From the IMG/VR virus record IMGVR_UViG_3300038443_002312, positions 1-64,000 of that record: a stretch of 64,000 nucleotides of DNA; one strand, 5' to 3'. A program made the translations under genes and the position numbers. Numbering within the stretch: position 1 is the stretch's first letter; each line of letters opens with the position of its first letter. The notes under the pieces are model-generated. The model saw only the letters and a list, made by a program, of their open reading frames with translations. It had not been told where the DNA came from and did no database searches. The DNA is from a virus. Shown here in pieces: positions 1 to 9,489 of this stretch.

Positions 1-496
1 GGGCCGTCCCGCCGGCCTGGCCGATCGCGTTGTTCCCGTTCGCCCCCGTCCCGGCCGACGACCCGCCGCCCCCGCCCTTAACCGACGTGTTGCTGGCCCC
101 GGCCCCGCCGCTGTACCCGGCCGACGGGAGCGACCCGCCGGACCCGCCGCCGGTCCCGCCGGTCCCGCCGGTCCCGCCGTTGGCGGCACTCAGGCCGGGC
201 TGGCCGCCGAACGCCAGGACGTGCCCGTCTTCCCCGGTAAAGATCGTCAGGCCGCCGGCCGTCCCGTCGGACCCCGACCCGCTCCCCCCGGCGGCGCCGA
301 CGGTAACCGTGTACGCGGTTCCGGGGTTGACCCGGATCAGGAGGGTGCCGTACCCGCCCCCGCCGCCGCCCCCGCCCCCGGCCGTCCCGTTCCCGGCCCC
401 GCCGCCGCCGCCCCCGCCCCAAACCTGGACCTGGACCTGGCCCACGAAGTCGGGGCAGGTCCAGGTGCCGGAGGTGGTAAAAGTCTGCGAGGGCAT
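1..496 (-). CDS. Glycine-rich virion/tail-associated protein (partial, runs off window start)
   Basis: Minus-strand frame from ATG at 496: MPSQTFTTSGTWTCPDFVGQVQVQVWGGGGGGGAG..., the typical start of phage glycine-rich domains. The listed + strand Pro-rich ORF is its shadow. Confidence 0.7.
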   Translation of the reverse strand, partial: MPSQTFTTSGTWTCPDFVGQVQVQVWGGGGGGGAGNGTAGGGGGGGGGYGTLLIRVNPGTAYTVTVGAAGGSGSGSDGTAGGLTIFTGEDGHVLAFGGQPGLSAANGGTGGTGGTGGGSGGSLPSAGYSGGAGASNTSVKGGGGGSSAGTGANGNNAIGQAGGTA

Positions 497-514
497 GTGC
501 CAACCCGCTGGCGG

Positions 515-2920
515 TTAGAACCGGACCACGGCCTGGTTCGGGGCCCGGGCCTCGACCCGGGGGCCGAACGCGGCCCGCAGGGTGGGCTCGACCCCCGGGC
601 ACCCGGGGAGCCCGCAGTCGTCCCAGACGATCACCCCGCCCGGGACCATCCGCGGGGCGAAGTAGGCGACGGCCGCCTTCGTCGTCTGCTCGATGTCCCC
701 GTCCACGTGGACGAACGCGTACCGGCCGCCCGGCGGGGCCGTGGCCGGGAAGACCCCGCGGTGGAAGACGGCCGCGGGGTGGGCGACCGTGGCCCGGGCC
801 TCGGCCTCGTCGGCCGCGAAATTCCCCTTGGCGTGCCCGCCCGGGGCGGCGTCGTCCTCGGGCATCCCCTCCCAGGTGTCGAACAGGTGCAGGGGCCGGC
901 CGCCCGCGAACCGGGCGATCAGGCGGGCACTGCCGCCGCGGAAGACCCCCAGTTCGGCGAAGTCCCCCTCCGGGAGCCGGGCCGCCCGCCGGGCCTCGTC
1001 GCGGATGACGGCCAGGCGGTCGGCCCCGATCAGGGACCGGCCGCCGGCCAGCCCGCGGGCCAGGGCGATCTCGTCCACGTGCCGGGCGACGGTCCGCGGC
1101 TCGATCGCCCCGACCGCCGGGCACTGCGGCTTGCACCGCTCGCCGAGCCAGGAGGGGGGTTGCCACCAGCACCCGGTGCAGGAGAACGGGCCGGCCAGCC
1201 AGGACACGTGCGGGCCGTACCCGGCGAAGACGCACTCCCCGGTGGTCGGGCCCATCAGGGCCAGGGTCGGGACGCCCAGGGCGCAGGCGACGTGCGTCAT
1301 CCCGGAGTCGATCCCGACCGCGGCCGCCGCCCGGCGGAGGACGCCGGCCGCCCGCTCGGCCGACGCCCCGGTCACGCACTCGAAGTCGGCCAGGAGCCTC
1401 GCCCGGTCGTCGGCGGCCAGGAAGACGACCCGGTACCCCTTCTCGGCGAGCAGGGGGGCGACCGTCTTCCACCCCTGGACCGGGTACTCGCGGTCCGACC
1501 CGCGGGAGAAGGGGAGGATGCAGATAAAGGGCGGCGAGGTCGCGAAGTCGGCGCTCTGCCGGTCGCACTCGGCCGGGTCGCGGAGGGCCCACACCGGCGG
1601 CGGCGTGGCCCCGATGTTCCGGGCGTACCGGGCCAGGCGGGGCTCGGGCCCCCGCCGCCGCTCCTCGACCCGGTAGTCGGTGTTCAGTTGCCGGTCCGGC
1701 CCCCGCAGGACCCGGCGGGCGTCCTCGTCGTACTCGAACGGGCGGTACTCGTCCGGGCCGGCGAACAGCCGGGCGAACGGGAGGCCCCAGTCGCTCACCC
1801 GGTAGACGACCTTCTTGTCCGGGTGCTCGCGCTTGAGGGCCGCCACGGCCCCGGCCCCCTGGACCGCGTCCCCGACCCCGCCGGCCCCGTGGTTGACGAC
1901 GATCGTGTCGGGCCCGGCGTCCGCGAACGGGTCGGGCCGGAGGGCGTCGGCGAAGTGCTGCCGGGCCCGGTGTTCGAGCGGCAGGCCGAGGGAGACCAAT
2001 TTCGGCTCGGACGTGTGAACGATCACGTCCCGCCCGCGGTACTGGTAGACGTACACGTGCCGGGCGTCGGGGTGCCGCCAGAAGTCGCCGAGGTCGTGGA
2101 AGGCCCGCCCGGTGATCGCCAGCGCGGCCCGCCACGCGTCCTGGTCGCCGAGCATCCGCGGGAAGTAGTACCCGGCCCGCGAGCAGACCCACCGGGCGAT
2201 CAGGAACTCTTTCCAGACGGCGTCCTTGCGGAACGCGAACTGCCCGGACGACAGCGGGCGGGGGACCGGCCGGGCCCCCGGGGCGACGGCGTCCGGCCAG
2301 ACCTCGGCCCAGTTGAGGACGTCGGCCGACGGGTGCGGGTCGGTCCACGCGGCCAGCCCGTGGTCGGCCGCGAGGTCGAGCAGGAAGGACGGGTCGGCGG
2401 CCGGCCAGGCGTCCGAGTCGAGCCACAGGACGTCCCGCCACGGGGCCCGGCGCATCATCTCCAGTTTGGCCGCCCACCCGGCCCACTGGGGCCGGTCCGG
2501 CGGGACCCCCGGGGGCTGGTAGTCGGTCGCGTCCAGGTCGACGCACTCGCACCCCAGGCCGGCCAGGCGGTGCGGGCGGGCGGCCCCGGCGGTGGACCGG
2601 TAGAAGGCGAGGACGGGCAGGGCGCACCCGACCTCGCGGAGGGTCTTGACCAGGACCTCGACGCCCGGCCAGTACGCCCCCTCGCCGGCCGTGACGAGCC
2701 CGCGGCCGGCCAGCCCGGCCGGCGGGTCGAAGGCCGCCTCGGCGTACAGGCGGAGGGCGGCCAGGTGGGCGGCCGACGGGCCGGGCGGCCAGTCGTACCG
2801 CCCGGGGTCGGCCCGGCTCGCCTTCGGCTGGTGCCGGGCCAGGCAGTGGGCGCAGGTCCGGCCGGCGGCGTCCGGCCGCCCGCCCGACGTCCCGCCGCAG
2901 GTGCAGTGCACGACGGCCAT
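515..2920 (-). CDS. Multidomain glycosyltransferase (GT-A/mannosyltransferase-like + GT9 heptosyltransferase-like) fused to TylF/MycF-family O-methyltransferase
   Basis: GWAAKLEMM..DVLWLDSDAWP..DP (DxD GT-A); GGVGDAVQ...GIDSGMTHVACALGVPTLALMGPT (GT9); GDFAELGVFRGGS..LHLFDTWEGMP..FVHVDGD..GGVIVWDD (TylF). Start reassigned to ATG 2920. Confidence 0.8.
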   Translation of the reverse strand: MAVVHCTCGGTSGGRPDAAGRTCAHCLARHQPKASRADPGRYDWPPGPSAAHLAALRLYAEAAFDPPAGLAGRGLVTAGEGAYWPGVEVLVKTLREVGCALPVLAFYRSTAGAARPHRLAGLGCECVDLDATDYQPPGVPPDRPQWAGWAAKLEMMRRAPWRDVLWLDSDAWPAADPSFLLDLAADHGLAAWTDPHPSADVLNWAEVWPDAVAPGARPVPRPLSSGQFAFRKDAVWKEFLIARWVCSRAGYYFPRMLGDQDAWRAALAITGRAFHDLGDFWRHPDARHVYVYQYRGRDVIVHTSEPKLVSLGLPLEHRARQHFADALRPDPFADAGPDTIVVNHGAGGVGDAVQGAGAVAALKREHPDKKVVYRVSDWGLPFARLFAGPDEYRPFEYDEDARRVLRGPDRQLNTDYRVEERRRGPEPRLARYARNIGATPPPVWALRDPAECDRQSADFATSPPFICILPFSRGSDREYPVQGWKTVAPLLAEKGYRVVFLAADDRARLLADFECVTGASAERAAGVLRRAAAAVGIDSGMTHVACALGVPTLALMGPTTGECVFAGYGPHVSWLAGPFSCTGCWWQPPSWLGERCKPQCPAVGAIEPRTVARHVDEIALARGLAGGRSLIGADRLAVIRDEARRAARLPEGDFAELGVFRGGSARLIARFAGGRPLHLFDTWEGMPEDDAAPGGHAKGNFAADEAEARATVAHPAAVFHRGVFPATAPPGGRYAFVHVDGDIEQTTKAAVAYFAPRMVPGGVIVWDDCGLPGCPGVEPTLRAAFGPRVEARAPNQAVVRF

Positions 2921-3336
2921 CAGCGGGCGCCCTCCCGCGGGGGGCTCGTCCAGTCCAGGTCGACCTGGTTCTGCCCGAAGTCGTTCATCCGCCGGGCCAT
3001 CCAGGTCACCTCCAGGACGAGTTCCTGGAGGTCCGGGCGGTCGCCCAGTTCCTGGTACAGGGCCCCCAGGAGCGAGCAGACGAACCGGTGGTGCCCGGGC
3101 TTGTACAGCCACAGGTCGGCGTTCAGGTGCCGGGCCTGTTCGAGCCGGTCGGCCGCGGTGAACGGGGCGAACGGGACGGTGTCCCGGACGGCCAGGAGCC
3201 GGCGGGGCCGCCCGGTCCCCGGGTCCGGGCCGGCGGCGGCCGCCGGGAAGTTGGCCGCCCGGCAGTGGGGGCAGGTGACCTCGGCGGCCGCCCGGCCCCG
3301 GCTCCACCCGCCGCAGACGCACTCGATCCCCGGCAT
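2920..3336 (-). CDS. Hypothetical protein with N-terminal Zn-ribbon (CxC...CxxC)
   Basis: MPGIECVCG...TCPHCRAAN; start/stop overlap with both neighbours. Confidence 0.6.
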   Translation of the reverse strand: MPGIECVCGGWSRGRAAAEVTCPHCRAANFPAAAAGPDPGTGRPRRLLAVRDTVPFAPFTAADRLEQARHLNADLWLYKPGHHRFVCSLLGALYQELGDRPDLQELVLEVTWMARRMNDFGQNQVDLDWTSPPREGAR

Positions 3337-4139
3337 CAGACCCCGGCCGGGTCGACCCCGACCGCCCCCCGGACCGTGGCTTCCCGTGCCGCCATCGCCG
3401 CCGCGAACCGCAGGGCGGCCGGCCGCGGGACGCCCGCCGCCGCGCACGCCCCCAGGCACGCCAGGACCATGTCCCCGCACCCGGTCGGGTCGGCGGCCTC
3501 GGCCGGCGCCGCCGGGACCGTCACCGCCTCCCCGCCGGCCCCGTGGTGGGTGAGCCCCCGGGCCCCGTCGGTCACGACCAGTTCGACCGCGTGGGCCCGC
3601 CACCAGTACGGCGGCCTCCCCCGGGACGCGGCCTCCCACTCGGCCCGGTTGCACTTGACCAGGCTCGCCCCGCGGTAGGCGGACCAGTCGCGGCCGCGGG
3701 CCGGGTCGACGAGGACGGGGACCCCGGCCCCGGCGGCCGCCGCGAACACCCCGCGGAGGAGTTCCGCGGAACACGTCCCGAGCCCGTGGTCGGCCACCAG
3801 CACGGCCCCGACCCGCGCGGCCAGGGCCGCCGCCCGGGCGGCCACGCACACCGGCCGGGCGTCCACGTCCCGCCGCCCGACCATCGCCCCGCCGACCCAG
3901 AACCGCTCCCGGAGGGCGGTCGGGAACCCGGCCAGGCTGACCTGGGCCCCGAGCGCGGCGGCCATGGCCGCGACCGCCCCGGCCCCGCCCGGCCGCTCGA
4001 CCCGCCCGGTCTCCCGGATGACGGGCACGCCCGGGGCCTCCGGGGCCTCGCGCTCGACCACCCCGGTCACGTCCCGGTCCGTCAGGTGGTCGCCGACCAC
4101 CAGGACCCGGGCCCCCGCGAACGTCTCCCGCCAGCCCAT
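3336..4139 (-). CDS. PfkB-family sugar kinase, HldE/RfaE heptose-7-phosphate kinase-like domain
   Basis: VLVVGDHLTDRDVTG..REAPEAPGVPV..RPGGAGAVA resembles the RfaE N-terminus; VLVDP, VKCNRAE and DPTGCGD PfkB signature. Confidence 0.8.
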   Translation of the reverse strand: MGWRETFAGARVLVVGDHLTDRDVTGVVEREAPEAPGVPVIRETGRVERPGGAGAVAAMAAALGAQVSLAGFPTALRERFWVGGAMVGRRDVDARPVCVAARAAALAARVGAVLVADHGLGTCSAELLRGVFAAAAGAGVPVLVDPARGRDWSAYRGASLVKCNRAEWEAASRGRPPYWWRAHAVELVVTDGARGLTHHGAGGEAVTVPAAPAEAADPTGCGDMVLACLGACAAAGVPRPAALRFAAAMAAREATVRGAVGVDPAGV

Positions 4140-4231
4140 GCCCCGCCCCCGGAACAACACCGCCCCGCCCGGACCGGGCGGGGCGGCGGCGTAACGACCG
4201 GTCGCCACCGGTCGGCCCCTCGGAGGCCCGG

Positions 4232-4690
4232 CTACTCCTCGCAGGTCGCGGCGAACATGAGCGTCGGGGTGCCCGGGCTGGTGCACTCCAGTTGGGCCGA
4301 CTGGGCCCCGGGGATCTTGATCTCCTGCCCCGGGTAGAGCATGTCGAGGATCGCCTGCTGGGGCTGCAACTCCCACCACAGCCCGCCGTCGGACGGGCTG
4401 GTCGGCTCGACCGACGCGTTCGCCCCGCAGGTAGTCTGGATCGTCTCCGAGTCCGTCGGGTCGTTCTTCCCCGGGGTGGCCCCGGTGAAGGTGCCGAAGT
4501 TCGCCGTCGACCGCGTCAGCCGGATCTTGACCGGGGTGTCCGTCCCGCCGGCCGGCTGCTTGCCGAACAGGCGGAGGCCCTTGATCAGGACCCGCTGGTT
4601 GGCCGCGGCCTTGATCTGGAGCAAGGACTTCGCGGTGCTCGCGACCAGCGCGGCTTCCCCGCTGTTGACGTGCCAGAGAACGCCGGCCAT
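4232..4690 (-). CDS. Hypothetical structural protein
   Basis: MAGVLWHVNSG..., balanced composition, lies in the morphogenesis module. Confidence 0.6.
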   Translation of the reverse strand: MAGVLWHVNSGEAALVASTAKSLLQIKAAANQRVLIKGLRLFGKQPAGGTDTPVKIRLTRSTANFGTFTGATPGKNDPTDSETIQTTCGANASVEPTSPSDGGLWWELQPQQAILDMLYPGQEIKIPGAQSAQLECTSPGTPTLMFAATCEE

Positions 4691-4764
4691 TGTCAGGTAC
4701 CTCGGTAAACGGGTGGTCGGGTCAGGGGGCGGGCCCGCCAGCGTGTTGGCAGGGCCCGGGCGGG

Positions 4765-5163
4765 TCAGCCGGTGATCGACACGGCCAGGGGCGGGACCAG
4801 GGCCAGGAGTTCGTCCCGGATGGTGTGGAACACGTCGTTCCAGTCCCGGGAGTCGATCGCGAACGTCCCGTCGGCGGCCGGCCTCTTGGCCGCGTACTCC
4901 TCCGCCAGCGCGGCCCGGCGGCGGTCGGTCGCGGTCGACCCGTCGTGCAGGGCGGCGGCCAGCCGGTCGGCCCCGCTGGCCAGGGCGGCCTGGACGCGGG
5001 CGACGTCGTCCCCGTGGAAGACGTGGTCCCGGGCGGTGTGCACGCACACCAGGTCGTGCTTGATGACCGGCTCGCCCTTCTTCCGGGGGGACTCGCCCTC
5101 CTCGTGCAGTTTGAGGTGGGCGGCCTTGGCGGCGGCGACTCGCTCGGCGGCGGACGGGGGCAT
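4765..5163 (-). CDS. Hypothetical protein
   Basis: ORF with GGAG RBS, protein-like composition. Confidence 0.6.
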   Translation of the reverse strand: MPPSAAERVAAAKAAHLKLHEEGESPRKKGEPVIKHDLVCVHTARDHVFHGDDVARVQAALASGADRLAAALHDGSTATDRRRAALAEEYAAKRPAADGTFAIDSRDWNDVFHTIRDELLALVPPLAVSITG

Positions 5164-5172
5164 GGGGGACTC

Positions 5173-5397
5173 CTACGCGGGTGAAACGATCCTTTCGAGG
5201 CCGTCCCGGATCGACTCCAGGAACTCGTCCAACTGGGGGGCGAGCAGGTCCGCCAGGACGTCGCACCCCATCCGGTTCCCGGTCCGCTCGTCGCGGAACA
5301 CGATCTCGGCCCCGGTGTTCTTCTCGACCACGCCCGGGTTCCGCCCGAGCCGGACGGGGGCCCCGGCCGGCAGGGCGGCGATCTCGCGGATGGTCAT
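5173..5397 (-). CDS. Hypothetical protein
   Basis: MTIREIAALPAG...; ATGA overlap with the upstream gene. Confidence 0.55.
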   Translation of the reverse strand: MTIREIAALPAGAPVRLGRNPGVVEKNTGAEIVFRDERTGNRMGCDVLADLLAPQLDEFLESIRDGLERIVSPA

Positions 5398-5900
5398 CCG
5401 ACTCTCCCGGCCGCGGCCGCCCCGACCCGGGCCATGGCCACGAGCGGGGCGGCGTACCGCGGGTCCTTCAGGTGGTGGCACCGCAGGTGCATGAACTCGG
5501 TCGCGTACCCCTGGGTCGGGCCGACCGTGTTGATCTCCTTGACGACCAGGACCAGGTTCAGGGCCTCCGGGGCCCGGGGGACGACGACCTTGCCGGTGAA
5601 CCCGGTGACGACGATGAAGTCGTCCTGGAGGACGTCCCGCCAGTCGCAGTACACCGCGTACCCCAGGACCTCCGCCACCCCGCCGGCCGCCGTCACCTCG
5701 GTCCACCGCGTCCGGTTCGCCCGGCCGAGGAACCCGAGGAGGGGGTCGACCCCTTCCACCCGCATCTGGTCCGCGTCGTTCGGCCCGACGACCGGGACCG
5801 GCCCGGCCGCGACCGTCCCGCCCTTCTTGTCCCGCTCCGGGGTCGGGCGGAACTGCTTGAGCGTATGAATATAGGTGTAGACGCGGGGGTTCTGTTCCAC
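5394..5900 (-). CDS. Hypothetical protein, possible head-closure protein
   Basis: Position after the connector-like gene; beta-rich sequence. Confidence 0.45.
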   Translation of the reverse strand: MEQNPRVYTYIHTLKQFRPTPERDKKGGTVAAGPVPVVGPNDADQMRVEGVDPLLGFLGRANRTRWTEVTAAGGVAEVLGYAVYCDWRDVLQDDFIVVTGFTGKVVVPRAPEALNLVLVVKEINTVGPTQGYATEFMHLRCHHLKDPRYAAPLVAMARVGAAAAGRVG

Positions 5901-5901
5901 G

Positions 5902-6627
5902 TCAGCCCCCGAACGGCATCCCCGGGCAGTTCGGCGGGGCGCTGGTGACCCGCCGGGTGGTCGCCGGCCCGGTCCCGCCGGCCGCCCCCGGGGCGAGCGG
6001 GCCCTGGGTGAAGGACGCGACGTCGGGCGGGCGGGCCGACTGCGGGGCGGCCGGCTCGGAGGACACCGGGACCGTGAGGGCCGGGGCCTCGTGCGACACG
6101 CCGACCGTCGAGGTCGACATGGGCGGCGGGTCCATCGCCTTGGCCCCGGCCCGCATCTCGCCCGCCCCGGCCAGGGCCTTCTCGGCCGCGGCCGGGCTGG
6201 ACCGGCCGAAGACGGTCGCGCCCGGGACGACGACGGCCCCGGCCCCGCCCGCCTCCTCCATCCCGCACCCCTTCAGGCTCATCCCGACGCACTTCCCGTC
6301 GGGCATGGCGTGGTGCTCGAACTTGACCGGGCTGACGCCCTTGACGGCCATCTGCTCGCCGTGCCCGTCGGCCGGGCGGCCGGCCCCGTGCGGCTCCAGC
6401 CCGGCCTCGGGCGTCCCGCCGGTCGCGTGGGCGTCGGGCCCGGCGGTCACCCCGCCCTCCCCGTGGTGGCTCCCGGTCGCGTGGCTGGCGTACGGCTCGG
6501 TCATGGCCTTCTCCCCGGCTTCCCGGTACGCCGCCGCGGCGGCCTGGTCGGCCGGATGGCCCGCCCGGACCATCTCGGCGATGTTGTGCGAAATCACCGC
6601 CCGGCTGCTCCCGCGTTCGAGCGGCAT
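5902..6627 (-). CDS. Hypothetical phage protein
   Basis: N-terminus MPLERGSSRAVISHNIAEMVRAGHPADQAAAAAY is a motif common in phage head-module proteins. Confidence 0.55.
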   Translation of the reverse strand: MPLERGSSRAVISHNIAEMVRAGHPADQAAAAAYREAGEKAMTEPYASHATGSHHGEGGVTAGPDAHATGGTPEAGLEPHGAGRPADGHGEQMAVKGVSPVKFEHHAMPDGKCVGMSLKGCGMEEAGGAGAVVVPGATVFGRSSPAAAEKALAGAGEMRAGAKAMDPPPMSTSTVGVSHEAPALTVPVSSEPAAPQSARPPDVASFTQGPLAPGAAGGTGPATTRRVTSAPPNCPGMPFGG

Positions 6628-6637
6628 CCCGTCGCCC

Positions 6638-7399
6638 TCAAGGAACCACCCCGTGGCACCCGCCCGGGGTCAGGCGCTTGTACTGGCCCAGGAGCCCGCG
6701 GACGTTCGAGAACAGGTACTCGCCGGAGAGCGTGGCCCCGAGGGCCCGGCCGTACGAGTACCCCTCCTCGCTCTCGCTGGTCGTCACCCCGAGGTTCGAC
6801 AGGTGCACGTACCAGATGCACGCCGCCTGGACGACCGCCAGTTGGACCGCCCCCGGGATCGTCTGGACGGCCGGGTCGTCGGACACCGTGTACCCGCCCG
6901 AGTACGTGACCTTGACCGTCCCCGGGGCCTGCTCCTTCGAGTACCTGATCAGGTCCTGCCGCCAGAACCGGGAGAACGGCCAGGTCTGCCCGGTCCGGTA
7001 CAGGAACCCGGTCGCGCTCCAGACCGGCGGCCCCTGGAGTTTGGGGTCGACCGCGTCCAGGGCGAGGTAGTAGTCCGCCCCCGGCTGCATGACCGTGGTC
7101 GACGGGCAGTCCGGGGTGAACGTCCCCGGGGTCTGCCCGAACCCGCCGGTCGGGTCGTACATCACCGACTGGACCGCCTCGACCGGGGTGAGCGACAGGA
7201 CCAGCCGGTCGTCGTCCCGCGGGCTGAACCACTCGGTGTACGCCGCCCGGTAGGTGAACGCCGGGCGGTTCAGCCAGCCGAGCATGGCCTGCTCGATCTG
7301 GGGGACCCAGACGGCCAGCCACGACGCGGGCGGGGTCGGGGTGCCGGTCGACACCCCGGTCAACAGCTGCGCGTCGGTGATCAGGGTCCCGATCGCCAT
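6638..7399 (-). CDS. Head-tail connector/adaptor protein (gp6-like)
   Basis: LVLSLTPVEAVQSV...VKVTYSGGY..IPGAVQLAV...SESEEGYSY..VRGLLGQYKR. Confidence 0.7.
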   Translation of the reverse strand: MAIGTLITDAQLLTGVSTGTPTPPASWLAVWVPQIEQAMLGWLNRPAFTYRAAYTEWFSPRDDDRLVLSLTPVEAVQSVMYDPTGGFGQTPGTFTPDCPSTTVMQPGADYYLALDAVDPKLQGPPVWSATGFLYRTGQTWPFSRFWRQDLIRYSKEQAPGTVKVTYSGGYTVSDDPAVQTIPGAVQLAVVQAACIWYVHLSNLGVTTSESEEGYSYGRALGATLSGEYLFSNVRGLLGQYKRLTPGGCHGVVP

Positions 7400-7400
7400 G

Positions 7401-7643
7401 TCAGCCCGTGTCCCCGGCGACCATGCGCCTGACCCCGATCGTCCCGAAATTCCGCTTGGTCTCGGCGTTGAGCAGGCGGTTGACCGACCGCCGGGCCTTC
7501 CGCTCGTTCGGGGTCGTCGCCCGGCCCCCGCGGGTCGCCCGCTCCAGGGCCCCGGCCGACCCCATCCCGGAGTACCGGGCGGCGTTCCGCCGGGCCGTCT
7601 GGTAGGCCGGTGTCTCCGCCGGTTTCTTCGGCCGCCTGGCCAT
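7401..7643 (-). CDS. Small basic hypothetical protein
   Basis: 80-aa Arg-rich ORF with RBS. Confidence 0.5.
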   Translation of the reverse strand: MARRPKKPAETPAYQTARRNAARYSGMGSAGALERATRGGRATTPNERKARRSVNRLLNAETKRNFGTIGVRRMVAGDTG

Positions 7644-7808
7644 CGCCCGCCCTCCCGGTTAGCCCCCCGCCCGTGGACAACGCCCCGCCGGAGATTCTTG
7701 CCCGACCCTCCCCTCACGGTCCCACGGCCCTCACGGGTCTAGGGGTTGGGGAGACTCGACGCCCGGCGGGGCGTGTGGTCCGCCAGTCCGCTGGCCGCCC
7801 GGCCCGCC

Positions 7809-8342
7809 CTACGGCATGACCGACGGCATCGTGTCCGGCTTGCCGGCCCACAGCCCGGCGTACGCGACCGCCAGGGCGAAGACGTTGACCGTCCCGTTCG
7901 CGCTGGCGGCGATCGTCATGCGGACGTTGTTGAACCCGTTGTTGATGTCCAGCTGCGCGTCGTACACGTCCATGACGTACAGGCAGTTCGCGTTCGTCGC
8001 CGGGGCCGGGAGGCTGAAGGCCACGCCGGGCGAGCCGATCGCGTTGGTCGTGACCGCGTCGGTCGCCCCGGTCTGGGACTGGGCCGCGGTCGACCAGTAG
8101 TAGTCGGTCTCCAGGGTCTTCGCCCCGGTCCCCGACGAGTCCTGGGCCTGCTGGAGGCCGACCGCCGGGGTGTCGGTGGCGGTCGCCCCGGTGTACGTCC
8201 CGAGGACGAACGCCACCCGCTTGTACTCCTTCATCAGGACCCAGAGCGAGTTCTTCGCGGTCTGGTTGGCCGAAACGGGGGGCAGGACGTACGCCAGTTT
8301 CGTCCCGTCGACCAGTCGGCCCAGCATCCACCCGGCGGCCAT
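7809..8342 (-). CDS. Putative capsid accessory/decoration protein
   Basis: Ala/Thr-rich, downstream of capsid; start ATG 8342. Confidence 0.5.
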   Translation of the reverse strand: MAAGWMLGRLVDGTKLAYVLPPVSANQTAKNSLWVLMKEYKRVAFVLGTYTGATATDTPAVGLQQAQDSSGTGAKTLETDYYWSTAAQSQTGATDAVTTNAIGSPGVAFSLPAPATNANCLYVMDVYDAQLDINNGFNNVRMTIAASANGTVNVFALAVAYAGLWAGKPDTMPSVMP

Positions 8343-8420
8343 AGCGGAACCCTCGCGAACAGAGGTTTGAGCGGTCACCCGGGCGGGCCGGGGGTTGTCG
8401 TGCGGCGGAACGGCCGTCCG

Positions 8421-9401
8421 TCAGGACGTCGCCCCCTTCGTAACTGAAAAATTCAGGACCGGCTGCTCGGTCGTCGTCCCGCCGGTCGTGAACGCGGTGA
8501 TGTTGAACGACCCGGCCCCGACGGCGGTCACGAACACCTGGTACTTGTCCGTCCCGCTGGCCTGGACCACGTCGACCGTGTCGGTCGCGGCCACGGTCGA
8601 GTTCGTCACGGTGAACGTGAACGGGGTGGTGCTGCCGGCGGCCGAGACCAGGGTGATCGACCCGGTCGGCTTGTTGATCGTCACCCCGGTCGTCCGGCTG
8701 GTCGCCTGGGTGACCGTCCCGCCGGCCCCGGCCCCGTACCCGAGCCCGCCGGTCCCGGTCACCAGGGCGCTCGTGCCGAACGTCGCCGGCTTGGCGAACG
8801 AGATCCCCGGGGTCGACGAGTTGACCGACAGGTACGTGTTGGTCCCGTCCGAGATGGACGTGGCGACCGCCGCCCCGGACGGGACGGTGACCGTGTTGGC
8901 CGCGCTCGCCCCGGTCAGGTTGACCCCGGACGTGAACGTGGCCTGGCTGGCGGCCGTGTTGTTGACGATCGTCGACAGGGTCTTGGCGTCGGTCGTCGAG
9001 GCGTCGAGCTCGACCGTCAGGTTGCCCTGGGTCAGGCTCGTCACCGCCGCCAGGACGACCTCGGCGTCGAGGTACGTGTTGGGCGGGATGGGCAGGAGGT
9101 ACGTCTTGGTCGCGTTCGCCGCCGGGGCGATGTTCGCCGCCGCCCCGGCGATCAACTGCTGGGTCTGCCCGTCGAACACCGGCTGGGTGACCCACACCCC
9201 GCCCAGGGTCAGGAGCTTCAGGGCGAACGTGCAGTTGTACGTCCCGGACAGCTGGATCGTCAGGAGGTTGTAGTTCCCCTGGAGCGGGCCGTTGTTGGCC
9301 GCCAGGGACACGTCGGCCGCCGGGTTGAGCCCCTGGGACAGGGTCAGCCGGTCGGCGGCGTTCGCGAACTGGGTCGTCGTCTTCGACAGGACGGGGGGCA
9401 T
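8421..9401 (-). CDS. Thr/Ala/Gly-rich virion protein (putative head fibre/decoration)
   Basis: Immediately follows the capsid gene; C-terminal GGTVTQATSRTTGVTINKPTG..FTVTNSTV beta-sandwich-like region. Confidence 0.55.
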   Translation of the reverse strand: MPPVLSKTTTQFANAADRLTLSQGLNPAADVSLAANNGPLQGNYNLLTIQLSGTYNCTFALKLLTLGGVWVTQPVFDGQTQQLIAGAAANIAPAANATKTYLLPIPPNTYLDAEVVLAAVTSLTQGNLTVELDASTTDAKTLSTIVNNTAASQATFTSGVNLTGASAANTVTVPSGAAVATSISDGTNTYLSVNSSTPGISFAKPATFGTSALVTGTGGLGYGAGAGGTVTQATSRTTGVTINKPTGSITLVSAAGSTTPFTFTVTNSTVAATDTVDVVQASGTDKYQVFVTAVGAGSFNITAFTTGGTTTEQPVLNFSVTKGATS

Positions 9402-9489
9402 CTCGGGTCCTCGCCAGCGGGTTGGCAGGTCGGGTCACCCGGCGGGCCCGCCACGCGGCGGGCCCGGGCCGGGCCGGGCTGGCCGGCTC

